Positions 39,937-49,525 of a stretch of 64,000 nt of DNA are shown in pieces (the first letter of the stretch is position 1; every line of letters begins with the position of its first letter). Origin of the DNA: Candidatus Hydrogenedentota bacterium (GTDB lineage: Bacteria > Hydrogenedentota > Hydrogenedentia > Hydrogenedentales > SLHB01); contig CAXXTH010000023.1 in NCBI GenBank assembly GCA_963668025.2, forward strand, positions 352,001-416,000, given 5' to 3'. The notes beneath the pieces are model-generated. The model had not been told where the DNA came from and searched no databases. It saw only the letters and a list, made by a program, of their open reading frames with translations. Made by a program: the position numbers and the translations under genes.

Positions 39937-40149
39937 ATGACGGATATGTTTCACTCGACAGACAGCTTTTTCGCGAACTACGTGATGGCGATAAACCTTT
40001 CGGCGCAAAACCTCCAGAATTTGGCGGAGCTTAGCCCGGAATACCTGAATGAGCAAAACACCCGCAAATCGCGGGGCGGATTGCGCGACAGGCGGCCTTC
40101 GCTGTTCACGAGGCTCAAACAATTCATCCTTGGGATAGGCCATCGGTAA
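39937..40149 (+). CDS. Small hypothetical protein
   Basis: 70-aa ORF after AGGGA in an otherwise empty gap. Confidence 0.45.
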   Translation: MTDMFHSTDSFFANYVMAINLSAQNLQNLAELSPEYLNEQNTRKSRGGLRDRRPSLFTRLKQFILGIGHR

Positions 40150-40163
40150 CGGCCTTCCTGGGC

Positions 40164-40583
40164 TTACAGGTCAAGGATGAGTTCCGCGCGGTATATGCCA
40201 TTCTCCAAGGTGACGTCAAGGCCGTGATACGTGGCGGCTTTCACTTCAGCGGCCCGTTCCTCGGGGAGGTAGGTATATCCGGTAAGAGTAGCGCGTATGC
40301 CCGATGCATCCGCTTGGTGGAAGTTGAATAAGACTCCCACGAAATATTTGACTTCCATCAAATAAATGATCTCTTGCAGCCAGCGGACCAGGGCCTCGCC
40401 TGGTTCGCTGGCGGAAGGATCATATTCCAATGAAATGGCTTGTTCCCGGTCGAAACGCGTTTGGGTCGAGCGAAGCGCCACGGCGTATAACGCCTGCGCG
40501 GCGGATTCCAGCAGTTCTTCGAACGAGCCGCCGTGGCATTCCACCCGCACATCAGCCGTGTGCTCTAGAAAGCGAAATGGCAT
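40164..40583 (-). CDS. Archease
   Basis: FLEHTADV, EVKAATYH, C-terminal ILDL. Confidence 0.93.
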   Translation of the reverse strand: MPFRFLEHTADVRVECHGGSFEELLESAAQALYAVALRSTQTRFDREQAISLEYDPSASEPGEALVRWLQEIIYLMEVKYFVGVLFNFHQADASGIRATLTGYTYLPEERAAEVKAATYHGLDVTLENGIYRAELILDL

Positions 40584-40635
40584 GCAATTGCCCTCGCTGC
40601 CGTATTTCCTTGCCGTTTGAACAGGCAATCAGGTC

Positions 40636-42741
40636 TTACACGCTTTGCCTTAGCGCCGTGAAGATAAACCGGACCGCCAGCAAAAACTCGACCATCACCA
40701 TGCGCGGTATGAGCAGCAAGCTGCGGCCAACCGCCCGGCCAGAGCGGAGCCATTCCAAAAGCTCCTGGCGGTATTGGTTAAATTTCCGGCGCTTGGCCAC
40801 ATACCGGATCGCCAGTTCTTCATAACCCGCTACGATGTTTTGGGAAATATAGTCATGGGCTTTGGCGATGCTGGCCCGCGTCGGAACTTGCTTCTCAAAT
40901 GACTTCAGGTACGCCTCGGCGTCCTGCGCCATTCCGCGCAGTTTGCGGCTGGTCCGCCCGCCAATATCTTTTCCGCTGCCTGCAAGGGTTTGAAGCTTAT
41001 TGGAAGCGGCGCTGAGCATGGTATGCATTTCTTGCGCCGCGACATCACAACGCCCCGCGATGCTGCTCTGCGAGATACGCAACTGCATCTCGGCCCACTG
41101 CATGCGCAATTCCGCCAACGTGGCCCAGCGCGGATCGTCGGGTTTGCGGCTCAGCATCCAAATCTCTTGAAACTCGATGAATAATTGGGCATACACCTTC
41201 GCGCCCCACCATACATCCCCCAAGCGCCGCCATGCATACCGCCACACGCTTTCGCGCGGGAAAATCGGGCGGCGGGATTTGCGGTCTTTCAAACGGAACA
41301 AGCCCGTGCCCATGGGATGGGTATGCACGAACACCGTGGCCCAGCGATACCACAAACTGGTCCAGAACAGCCCCCAATATTCGCTGCGCGGGGCCCGTAT
41401 GAGTATGTGCAGGATGTGCTCTTTGCTGTAAAAAGCGTTCCACGCCTCGTAATAGGCGGCGCGCCATTCGCCCGGCTTAAAATTCGGATGCCGGAAGGTC
41501 TCGTGGTTGCTGTCGAGGTTATTCAGATCGGCGTCTATGGGAATCCCGTTCTGCACCATATTCCGGTGATCTTCCGAACCAGGCAGGGGCGTCAGCATGA
41601 AAAACGACGCTTCATCCACCAGCACATGGTTGCGCAAGGTCTCGACATCCTCGCGGATGGATTCCGTCGTATCGTGGGGCAGGCCGATGATATATCCCAC
41701 GTGGACACGGACATGGGCGTCATGCCACGTCTGGACCATCTTTGCGTAGGTCTCGGTATCGTTTTGGTTTTTTCCGGTGGCCTCGACATTTTTCGGATTC
41801 ACGGTCTCCATGCCGACGAACACCATGTGGCAGCCCGCAGCCTGGGCTTTATCGACAAAATTCGGGATGCGGTACGCCTGGGTGTCCACCTGCATCATGA
41901 ACACGATCTTCTTGCCGCGCTCCGCCATCTCCTTAAGCCCGTCAAACACCTCTTCCCACACATGGGAACGGGAGAGGTTGTCATCGGTGAAGAAATAATC
42001 ACGCACTCCCGCGTCCCAGTTCTCTTCGATGCTCTTTAAAATCGCATCCGCCGAGCGGCACCGCATGCGCTTGCCCTGTACATTAATGATGGTGCAAAAC
42101 GAGCAGCGGAAGGGGCATCCCCGGCTGGTGTCGAGGGTCGCCAAACCAGGCAGTAGAAACTTCTTCAGATAGTTCGGATCGGGCTTGGGCACCATGGCTT
42201 TCGCCAGATCGGGCCATTCCGTGATGTTGTATATAGGCTTCAATTCCAGGGCGACGGCGTCACGCAGGATGGACGCCATGACGCCCGGCCCCTCGACTTC
42301 GCCCTTCACGAGGGTGACGCCCTGATCCAGGAGGCGTTGCAGATCGAGCGAAGGCTCGTCAAACATGGCCAGCATGCCGCTGACATGGAAGCCGCCAATC
42401 ATGACCGGCACGCCTGCGGCGCGCAATTCCAGGGCAAGGTCGCTCGCCCGCATAAACTGGTTGCTCTGTACGCCGACGAATCCCACGAGCACTTGCGCTT
42501 TGCCGCGCTTATGCATGCGGATGATGCGCTTAATAGGCGGCCGCTCGACACAATCGTCGTACGTGGTGACGTTGACCTCGACATCCTCGCCCAATTCGCC
42601 ATTAGCCGCTACGCTCTGCGTAATACTGCGCAGGCACGACAACGAATTCGATGGCACTACGCCGCGCCAATACCGATGGACGTATCCATCGTCGTCATAG
42701 CGGGCCGGTGCGATATATATCACTTCAAGCTTGCGCTTCAT
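40636..42741 (-). CDS. B12-binding-type radical SAM protein with a long helical C-terminal extension
   Basis: VGVQSNQ, IGGFH, TSRGCPFRCSFC, FTDDN, LTPLPGS. Confidence 0.88.
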   Translation of the reverse strand: MKRKLEVIYIAPARYDDDGYVHRYWRGVVPSNSLSCLRSITQSVAANGELGEDVEVNVTTYDDCVERPPIKRIIRMHKRGKAQVLVGFVGVQSNQFMRASDLALELRAAGVPVMIGGFHVSGMLAMFDEPSLDLQRLLDQGVTLVKGEVEGPGVMASILRDAVALELKPIYNITEWPDLAKAMVPKPDPNYLKKFLLPGLATLDTSRGCPFRCSFCTIINVQGKRMRCRSADAILKSIEENWDAGVRDYFFTDDNLSRSHVWEEVFDGLKEMAERGKKIVFMMQVDTQAYRIPNFVDKAQAAGCHMVFVGMETVNPKNVEATGKNQNDTETYAKMVQTWHDAHVRVHVGYIIGLPHDTTESIREDVETLRNHVLVDEASFFMLTPLPGSEDHRNMVQNGIPIDADLNNLDSNHETFRHPNFKPGEWRAAYYEAWNAFYSKEHILHILIRAPRSEYWGLFWTSLWYRWATVFVHTHPMGTGLFRLKDRKSRRPIFPRESVWRYAWRRLGDVWWGAKVYAQLFIEFQEIWMLSRKPDDPRWATLAELRMQWAEMQLRISQSSIAGRCDVAAQEMHTMLSAASNKLQTLAGSGKDIGGRTSRKLRGMAQDAEAYLKSFEKQVPTRASIAKAHDYISQNIVAGYEELAIRYVAKRRKFNQYRQELLEWLRSGRAVGRSLLLIPRMVMVEFLLAVRFIFTALRQSV

Positions 42742-42933
42742 AAACCATTTTCCTTTCAAGATTACTCGCTCGGCAGTATATCATGCCGCCCATAGCCCAT
42801 GCACATTTGCAGAATTCATACTTGAATTACGGAAACTGTTCCATATGCATGTCCAATCAACGACAGGTTCCCGGTTTCCGGGTTTGCAGGCGGCTGGAAG
42901 TGTTAATACCTCATAGCGGCTCTTTTGTTGCAC

Positions 42934-44844
42934 CTAATGTAGAAAAAGGCTTGCTTCACGTGGAAGCCAGATGCGGATAGCTGGCCGGTTTTCCGCGATG
43001 CTCGGCGTTTCTGGGCCAGGCTGGAAGGCGCTCCATTGGCCCGCATTCCATGAGATGGAGGCTATTGGCGGGGCATTGTCCGCATAGGCCAAATGGAACG
43101 CCCATACCGCGCCTTCTCTTGCCTCCCGCCAATATGGGTGCGCCTCACGTGCGTCCGTTGAATTCTGGACTTCAACGGCGCATTGTTCGGCATGCTGCGG
43201 TGTCGCGGCAACCAGTTGAAGCGTCTCGCCATAGGGATTGCTGGCAGCCAGAACAAGCGGAAGCGCTTCATCCGGAAATGCCTCGGGCGAGGGAGAGAAG
43301 ACAGCGCCGCATTGGCGCAACAGGGACACAAGCTCTCCCGCTGGCTGCGCCGCCAAGCGTGGTTCCAGGCCAATCCCGCCCAGTAGAAAATCCAGCGCTT
43401 TCGCCAGTGGGCGGGAATCCATGGCGGTTTTCATTCCCGGTTCGGCCGTTTGGCGCAGTTGCAGGAATCCATATGCGGCGTCTGGCCCATTTTGAACCGC
43501 CAGCAACTGGGTGTAGTCCAATAGCGAAACCTGCTCCGGTGCGCGCGATATGCGATCCCGCAGCTCTTGAAGGAGGGCGGTCCATTGGATGCGGGTAATG
43601 GGAACGAGTGGCGGTGATGCGGACGGGCGGGACGCCAGGAGCCCTTCATGAACAGCGGCGTTTATTTGTGCTTGCGCGAGGGCTGCCCGGGCGCGCCATA
43701 TATGCGTGCCTCTTTCGCCCGGAAGCCGTTTTTCCATGAAATCCATGCGCTGTTCCAGGCGTTCAAAGTGTTTTTCCCGGATGTCGCGCGCCGCCATGGC
43801 GGGATAGTTCCTCGGATCCAGGCGATTACGGGGATAGACCTGGCGTACATTGAGCACGGCAAAAAACACTCCAAGTAGAATGATGGCGGCTATGGCGGCG
43901 GCGGCTTGAGAGCGGGTGAAAACAGGCCTGGGCGCGCCAGCCCGTTGCGGGCAAGCGGCCCCAGCGGCGATGCCTGCCAGGAAAGCGAGTTCCAGCTTTC
44001 CTTCCAAAGGCGTGAGCATGGCGAAAAGAAGGGCCATCCCCACACCGGCGGCATAAAGGTGTAATTCCGGTTCGCGCCGCTCGAAACCGCGCACGGCCAA
44101 TTTGGCGGCAAGCCGGCATAGGAGCCAGGTGATCAATAGCAGCGCCAGCACTTCTGCCGTAGGGAGATCTCCCCAGCCTCGCGGCCGCCATTCTTCCATG
44201 TGGGCGATAGTGGCGTATGCAACCAGAAGCAGCGTGGTAAAAATGGGTATGGCGCATAGAATACCTGCGGGATGAACTGGCAAGCCTTTCCAAAACTTCC
44301 AGCACGGCCACAATGCCGCCAGCAGGCAGAATGAAAGCATTAATACGCCATCGGACATGGCATAGGGTCCATACAAGACCGCACCGGTGGTAGGCGAATA
44401 CGCAGTGGGCAGGGTGCTCCCGCAAAGGAATGGCATACAGCTTGAGATGGCGCTTGCGGCGGCCATGGCGGCCAGGCAAAGGCTTGCGGGAGAGAATCCG
44501 CCAGGCCAGGGGCAGCCATTGGGTTTCCATCGAGGGCCCCGGGCAGTGAGGTGCCCCGCGGTAAGATAAGCGGCCAGAAAGACCATGGGTTCAAAACGCG
44601 ATTCGGGAGTAGCGCCAAACGTGCCGAACAGCGCCGCGCCGCAAGCGGGCCATACCAGCTCGAACGGCAGGCGCAACGGTGAAAAATCCAAAATAAACGC
44701 CAATGCCAGGACGGCCATTAAAAGCACGCGAAAATCGAATCCTCCCAGCAGCGGGAAATAGATATAAACGGATAGCGGCAGCGCCGCGGCCATGCCCGCG
44801 ATGGCGCTCCAGGATAGCAGGGAAAGAGGGCGCTTGCTTTTCAT
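42934..44844 (-). CDS. Hypothetical polytopic membrane protein with a periplasmic domain
   Basis: 636-aa ORF, hydrophobic N-terminal half. Confidence 0.65.
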   Translation of the reverse strand: MKSKRPLSLLSWSAIAGMAAALPLSVYIYFPLLGGFDFRVLLMAVLALAFILDFSPLRLPFELVWPACGAALFGTFGATPESRFEPMVFLAAYLTAGHLTARGPRWKPNGCPWPGGFSPASLCLAAMAAASAISSCMPFLCGSTLPTAYSPTTGAVLYGPYAMSDGVLMLSFCLLAALWPCWKFWKGLPVHPAGILCAIPIFTTLLLVAYATIAHMEEWRPRGWGDLPTAEVLALLLITWLLCRLAAKLAVRGFERREPELHLYAAGVGMALLFAMLTPLEGKLELAFLAGIAAGAACPQRAGAPRPVFTRSQAAAAIAAIILLGVFFAVLNVRQVYPRNRLDPRNYPAMAARDIREKHFERLEQRMDFMEKRLPGERGTHIWRARAALAQAQINAAVHEGLLASRPSASPPLVPITRIQWTALLQELRDRISRAPEQVSLLDYTQLLAVQNGPDAAYGFLQLRQTAEPGMKTAMDSRPLAKALDFLLGGIGLEPRLAAQPAGELVSLLRQCGAVFSPSPEAFPDEALPLVLAASNPYGETLQLVAATPQHAEQCAVEVQNSTDAREAHPYWREAREGAVWAFHLAYADNAPPIASISWNAGQWSAFQPGPETPSIAENRPAIRIWLPREASLFLH

Positions 44845-45044
44845 GGCTGGCCATCGGCCTCGTTGGGGCTTGTAACGGCAATGGGATGGCGGTCTTTTGA
44901 AGGCGCTTGCGGATGCATGCGGCCTGCCGCTAAGTGCGCCAGCGCAAAGAAAACCAATACGGCCGCTAACAATACAAAGGCCACCCTCCGTTCAAGCCGC
45001 ATTCGTTGCACGGCGTCCCGCATATAAGCTCCTGTATGTTCCAA
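44841..45044 (-). CDS. Small single-TM hypothetical protein
   Basis: One TM; ATGA overlap with the downstream gene. Confidence 0.55.
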   Translation of the reverse strand: MEHTGAYMRDAVQRMRLERRVAFVLLAAVLVFFALAHLAAGRMHPQAPSKDRHPIAVTSPNEADGQP

Positions 45045-45077
45045 AGATTGCGATTTACGTGCTTCGTTTGGCTTCGT

Positions 45078-46079
45078 TCAACTATCGGTCCGGCCAAACA
45101 CGGCGAATTGCATGGCCAAATAGCCGATGTAGATGGCTAATAACACAGCACCTTCCCGGCGCGCAAGGCGTTTCCCGCTGATGCCGAATATTAACAGGAG
45201 CGCCGAAAGCGCCAAAGTTACGGGAATATCGAAGAAACGGGTTTGGTTCGTGAGCGGAAGCGGTGTGACGAGGGAGCAAGCGCCAATCACCCAGGCAAGA
45301 TTAAGAATATTCGCGCCGATGATGTTGCCCATGGAAAGGCCCCGTTGCTTTTTGACGATCGCGGCAAGGCTTACAACCAATTCCGGCATGGAAGTGCCCA
45401 AGGCCACCAGCGTTAATGCAATAATGAGCTCCGGCACTCCCATCAGCCGCGCCAGTTTTTCCGCGAAAACAACCACAAGCTGGCTTCCCGCGATGACTCC
45501 TATGGCCCCTGCCGCGAAAAGCAGCGCTAATTTGAGTGGGGCCGTGCCTTTCGGGGCAAGCATTTTTTCGAGAGGGACAGCATTCAAGGCATGGTGGATC
45601 GCGCTTGTGAAGTAAGCGAACAAGCCGGTGAGCATCACTACACCGACCCAGAGGCTTCCGTGGGGGAACAGAATGCTCATTGCGCCGAATACAAGGGCAA
45701 TCACCAGCAAGGAACCGCCATTGCGGCGGAAACTGCGCTGCTCGACCACCATGGGGGAGAGCAGTGCGCATAAACCCAGAATAAGGCCAACATTACAAAT
45801 GGTTGAACCGACGGCGTTCCCCACCGCCATGCCCACCCGGCCAAGCCATGCGGCTTCGTCACCGGAAAGGAGCGCCGCTTTGCCCTTGACTGCCGCCGTG
45901 AATGATACCGCGAATTCAGGAAGCGTGGTGGCAAGGCTGACAAGTGTAGCGCCCACGACAATCTCGGGGATGCGAAAGGTTCGGGCAACCTCCACTGCCG
46001 CGTCGGTGAACAAATCAGACGCTTTAACCAAAATGGCTACGCCCAAGGCCATGAATAGGAGATACAACAATGCGCTCAT
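45078..46079 (-). CDS. Calcium/sodium antiporter (YrbG/CaCA family)
   Basis: Alpha repeats ATTLPE..GNAVGS and GTSMPE..GNIIGANI. Confidence 0.93.
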   Translation of the reverse strand: MSALLYLLFMALGVAILVKASDLFTDAAVEVARTFRIPEIVVGATLVSLATTLPEFAVSFTAAVKGKAALLSGDEAAWLGRVGMAVGNAVGSTICNVGLILGLCALLSPMVVEQRSFRRNGGSLLVIALVFGAMSILFPHGSLWVGVVMLTGLFAYFTSAIHHALNAVPLEKMLAPKGTAPLKLALLFAAGAIGVIAGSQLVVVFAEKLARLMGVPELIIALTLVALGTSMPELVVSLAAIVKKQRGLSMGNIIGANILNLAWVIGACSLVTPLPLTNQTRFFDIPVTLALSALLLIFGISGKRLARREGAVLLAIYIGYLAMQFAVFGRTDS

Positions 46080-46244
46080 GGATGCGAAGTATAGCAGGTT
46101 TTCGATGGCGCTCAAAGGCGCTAAACCGCCGCATACATGCCGAACGCCCCCAATGCTACATTGCTTTACACGAATCAATACCAATGCCTTAGCGCAGCGG
46201 GGCCGCCACATACAAAATTTTCGAGGTCTCCGTACTACCATCTG

Positions 46245-46389
46245 GCAAAACGTTGTTTTCTTGCGAGGATTTTCTGTGTAAACCAATGTATTTTAACTGG
46301 TTATGACCTATGATTTTTGCATGATATTTTGGTCGATGAATCCTTTGAACGGTGGGGCAAGCCCCACCCTACCCATTTGAATTTTAGTG
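46245..46389 (-). repeat. REP-containing dispersed repeat, copy C
   Basis: Exact reverse complement of the 22-bp REP of copy A at 46351-46372, plus the same tail. Confidence 0.8.
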
Positions 46390-46541
46390 CGACCTAGAAA
46401 CCCACGTCCTTTGGACGTGGTCACTGGAGTTTCTACCTTTTTTGGGCGAGGTGGACACGCTTTTTCTCTTGCCATCGCACAGCTTATCGTCTTTGTCGTA
46501 GCTTCCCTTTCGCCGAATAGGCCGGTCATTGAAAAGATATA

Positions 46542-46570
46542 TTGACATACCGACTCGTTTGTGCTACAAT
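46542..46570 (+). promoter_or_regulatory. Near-consensus sigma70 promoter inside the IS left end
   Basis: TTGACA-17 bp-TACAAT with extended -10 TG. Confidence 0.75.
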
Positions 46571-46598
46571 CTTGTTGGCTAGGCAGGAGGGCGGCGCC

Positions 46599-46934
46599 AT
46601 GAATGACGAATTGCGTGACACGATCCTAGAGGCTATGGAAAAAGGGCTTGAGGCGCAGCTTCGGGCGGTGCGCCGTCTGCGTAGGGGGGAAGAATCCAGG
46701 GAGGAGCCACGACCCAGAACAAGTATGTCGCAAGTAGATATGGCATATGACATACTCTTGAGGGCCGCTCATCCCCTTCATGTCAATGAGATCCTGAGTC
46801 GCATTCATGCGGTCTTCGGCATTACGGTGGACCGGGAAAGCCTGGTGTCTTCCCTCACCAAAAAGGTGGCTCGGGAAGACCGCTTTGTCCGCGCGGACAA
46901 GAACACCTTCGGACTCAAAGGAGGCAAGCGATGA
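46599..46934 (+). CDS. Winged-helix protein (HARE-HTH/RNAP delta N-terminal-like)
   Basis: DMAYDILLRAAHPLHVNEIL..FVRADKNTFGL; AGGAGG RBS; ATGA overlap with the transposase. Confidence 0.75.
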   Translation: MNDELRDTILEAMEKGLEAQLRAVRRLRRGEESREEPRPRTSMSQVDMAYDILLRAAHPLHVNEILSRIHAVFGITVDRESLVSSLTKKVAREDRFVRADKNTFGLKGGKR

Positions 46935-48310
46935 GTCTTTTACACGAATGGCTCAACGTTACCGAGCGCTGGCGCGATGCTTTTGCCCAAGAGCGCACCA
47001 CCGTGCGTGCGGTGCGGCAGGGACTTGGGTCACTGGTCTGTTTGGGGCGGCGCACAATCACGCGGACCCTTTGGGCCTGTGGTCGCGAGAATCTGCCGTG
47101 GCAGGCTGAATACCACATGTACGGCCGCGCCAAGTGGGACCCCCAGCAGCTCTTCGACCCTATTTGGGAAGGAGCCCTGCCCCAGTGTGAAGACCCGCTT
47201 GTAGGCGTCGCCGTCGATGATACCAAGCTGCACAAGACCGGCCGGTGCATTGTCCAGGCTTTTCATCAGCGCGACCCCCTGTCCCCGCCGTTCCACACCA
47301 ATCTCATTCTGGGCCTGCGTTTCCTGCAGGCCTCCCTTCTCGTACCGCTTCACCAAGGCGGCGCCTTTAGTTGCCGCGCCTTGCCCGTGCGTTTCGAGGA
47401 GTCTTCCCCCGCCAAGAAGCCTGGCAAGCGCGCAAGCGAGGAGGAGTGGATGGCGTACAAGCAGCGCCGTAAAGAGAAGAACCTTTCAACCCATTGCGTG
47501 GCGATGATGGACTCCTTGCGCGCATCCCTCGACGCCGTCGGCGCCAGGGAGAAAACCTTGGTCATGGCCCTCGACGGCAGCTTTTGCAACCAGACCGTCT
47601 TCGGCGCTGAACGCGACCGCACCCACCTCATCGCCCGTGCCCGCAAGGACGCAGTCCTATGCTTTGGCGCTCCAGAGGGTTCGCGGCGTTTCTATGCCCA
47701 AGAAAAATTCACCCCCGAGCAAGTACGCCAGGACGATAGCATCCCCTGGAAGACTACGAAGCTATTCTACGGCGGCAAACGCCGCAAGGTCCGCTACAAG
47801 GAAATCAAGACCCTCTACTGGCAAGGCGGCGCGCGCCGTCTTCCCCTCCGCCTTTTCGCTATCGCTCCCACCCCCTACCGCAAGCGGAAAAGCAGTAAGC
47901 TTTATTACCGGCAACCAGCCTACCTTCTTTGTACCGACAGGGTTCACGCCGCACAGAGGCTGCTCCAGATCTACTTCGACCGCTGGCAGATTGAAGTCAA
48001 CCATCGCGAGGAAAAGGACACCTTGGGCGTCGGACAAGCTCAGCTCTGGAACCCCAATGCCGTACCCAAGCAGCCCCCGCTTGCCATCGCCGCCTACAGC
48101 GCATTGCTACTGGCCGCCATAAAAACCTTTGGCCCCGAACGAAATAGTGCATACGCCCCGCTGCCACGGTGGCGAAAACACGCCACACGCCCATCGTGCC
48201 TCGCTCTCATCACTCTATTGAGAAAAGAGATGGACGAACAGCCCCATTTGCTCCGTCCACTCGGCATAGAAACCTCCAGAGCAACAATGGCAAGCGCCGC
48301 GGCTGCTTGA
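46931..48310 (+). CDS. DDE transposase (IS701-like)
   Basis: AVDDT, ALDGSF, YFDRWQIEVNHREEK. Confidence 0.88.
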   Translation: MSLLHEWLNVTERWRDAFAQERTTVRAVRQGLGSLVCLGRRTITRTLWACGRENLPWQAEYHMYGRAKWDPQQLFDPIWEGALPQCEDPLVGVAVDDTKLHKTGRCIVQAFHQRDPLSPPFHTNLILGLRFLQASLLVPLHQGGAFSCRALPVRFEESSPAKKPGKRASEEEWMAYKQRRKEKNLSTHCVAMMDSLRASLDAVGAREKTLVMALDGSFCNQTVFGAERDRTHLIARARKDAVLCFGAPEGSRRFYAQEKFTPEQVRQDDSIPWKTTKLFYGGKRRKVRYKEIKTLYWQGGARRLPLRLFAIAPTPYRKRKSSKLYYRQPAYLLCTDRVHAAQRLLQIYFDRWQIEVNHREEKDTLGVGQAQLWNPNAVPKQPPLAIAAYSALLLAAIKTFGPERNSAYAPLPRWRKHATRPSCLALITLLRKEMDEQPHLLRPLGIETSRATMASAAAA

Positions 48311-48478
48311 TAATGGAGAAACTCCAGCGCATGGCCGGGACGGCCATGCCACGGGAAGCTCGGATTTCGCTGGAATGATATTTCTTAGCTCCACGTCGGC
48401 ATAAAAACTTTTTTTTGGAAGGCCCTATTCGCTAGAGTGTTGGGACGATTTCATCCATTAACCAGAAAGGGTATATAC

Positions 48479-49492
48479 GTGGACAGCCGTGAACGAATCA
48501 AGACGATTATTGCCGGACAAGCCGCGGACCGATGCGGCTTTTGGATGGGCAATCCGCACCATGAAACATGGCCTATTTATATGAACCATTTCGCTGCGGC
48601 AAATGAAGAAGCGCTACGAAAAGGATTACGCGATGATTTTCGCTGGATTACCCCGAGCTTATTCCCTTCCTACAAGCATCCCGAAGGCAGGCCCCTATTC
48701 TCGTTGAAGTGGGAAAACTTCAAATCCCATGGCCAGGCGGGTCCTTTCGCGGATTGCGAGGATGTGAACCAAGTGCATGAGGCCGAATGGCCGAATCCGG
48801 ATTACCTGGATTTCACGGAGTGTCTCGATGCGCTCAAGGCGGCCGGACCCCATTACCGCGCAAGCGGCATGTGGACGTGCTTCTATCACGATGTCATGGA
48901 CTTGTTTGGCATGGAATATTACATGACGAAAATGTGCATGAATCCGGAGGTGGTCCATGCCGTGACGGACCACGTATGCGGTTTTTATTACGAAGCCAAT
49001 GAACGGTTTTTCGCCCAAGCGGGTGATTTAGTGGACGCCTTCTTCTTTGGCAATGATTTTGGCACGCAGATGGACTTGATTTGCAGCGTTGATCAATTCG
49101 ATACATACATTCTGCCATGGTTCCGTAAATTCACCGAACAGGGACATCGGTTCGGCCATCAAGTCATCCTGCATTCGTGCGGGGCGATCCACCGGGTCAT
49201 TGATCGCTTGATCGACGCGGGTGTGAACTGCCTGCATCCGTTGCAAGCCAAGGCGGCGAATATGGACGCGGAGACGCTCGCCCGGGATTTCAAAGGCCGT
49301 ATCACGTTCATGGGCGGAGTGGACACCCAGCAATTGCTGGTCGAGGCGAGCCCCGGGGAAGTCAAAGCGGAAGTGCGCCGTCTCAAGGCGCTGCTTGGGC
49401 CATGCTTCATAGTAAGCCCCAGCCATGAAGCTTTGCTGTCCAATGTGCCGCCGGAGAATGTGAAGGCCATGGCGGAGGCCGCCACGGAATAA
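48479..49492 (+). CDS. Uroporphyrinogen decarboxylase family (MtaA/CmuA-like) protein
   Basis: GNDFGTQ, LHSCG, LHPLQ, GGVDTQ, SPSH..NVPPEN. Confidence 0.9.
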   Translation: MDSRERIKTIIAGQAADRCGFWMGNPHHETWPIYMNHFAAANEEALRKGLRDDFRWITPSLFPSYKHPEGRPLFSLKWENFKSHGQAGPFADCEDVNQVHEAEWPNPDYLDFTECLDALKAAGPHYRASGMWTCFYHDVMDLFGMEYYMTKMCMNPEVVHAVTDHVCGFYYEANERFFAQAGDLVDAFFFGNDFGTQMDLICSVDQFDTYILPWFRKFTEQGHRFGHQVILHSCGAIHRVIDRLIDAGVNCLHPLQAKAANMDAETLARDFKGRITFMGGVDTQQLLVEASPGEVKAEVRRLKALLGPCFIVSPSHEALLSNVPPENVKAMAEAATE

Positions 49493-49525
49493 TCCAACGC
49501 TTCAACAGCTATTAGGGGAAGTGCC

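Larger units (their letters stand above)
46422..48329 (+). mobile_element. IS701-like (IS4 superfamily) element with an upstream HTH gene
   Basis: TIRs CACTGGAGTTTCTAC / GGAGAAACTCCAGCG (13/15); no TSD evident. Confidence 0.8.

Noticed and set aside
46395-46421. IS200/IS605 end (GAAACCCACGTCCTTTGGACGTGG)
   Set aside because: Resembles such hairpins, but there is no tnpA/tnpB or partner end; kept only as an IS flank
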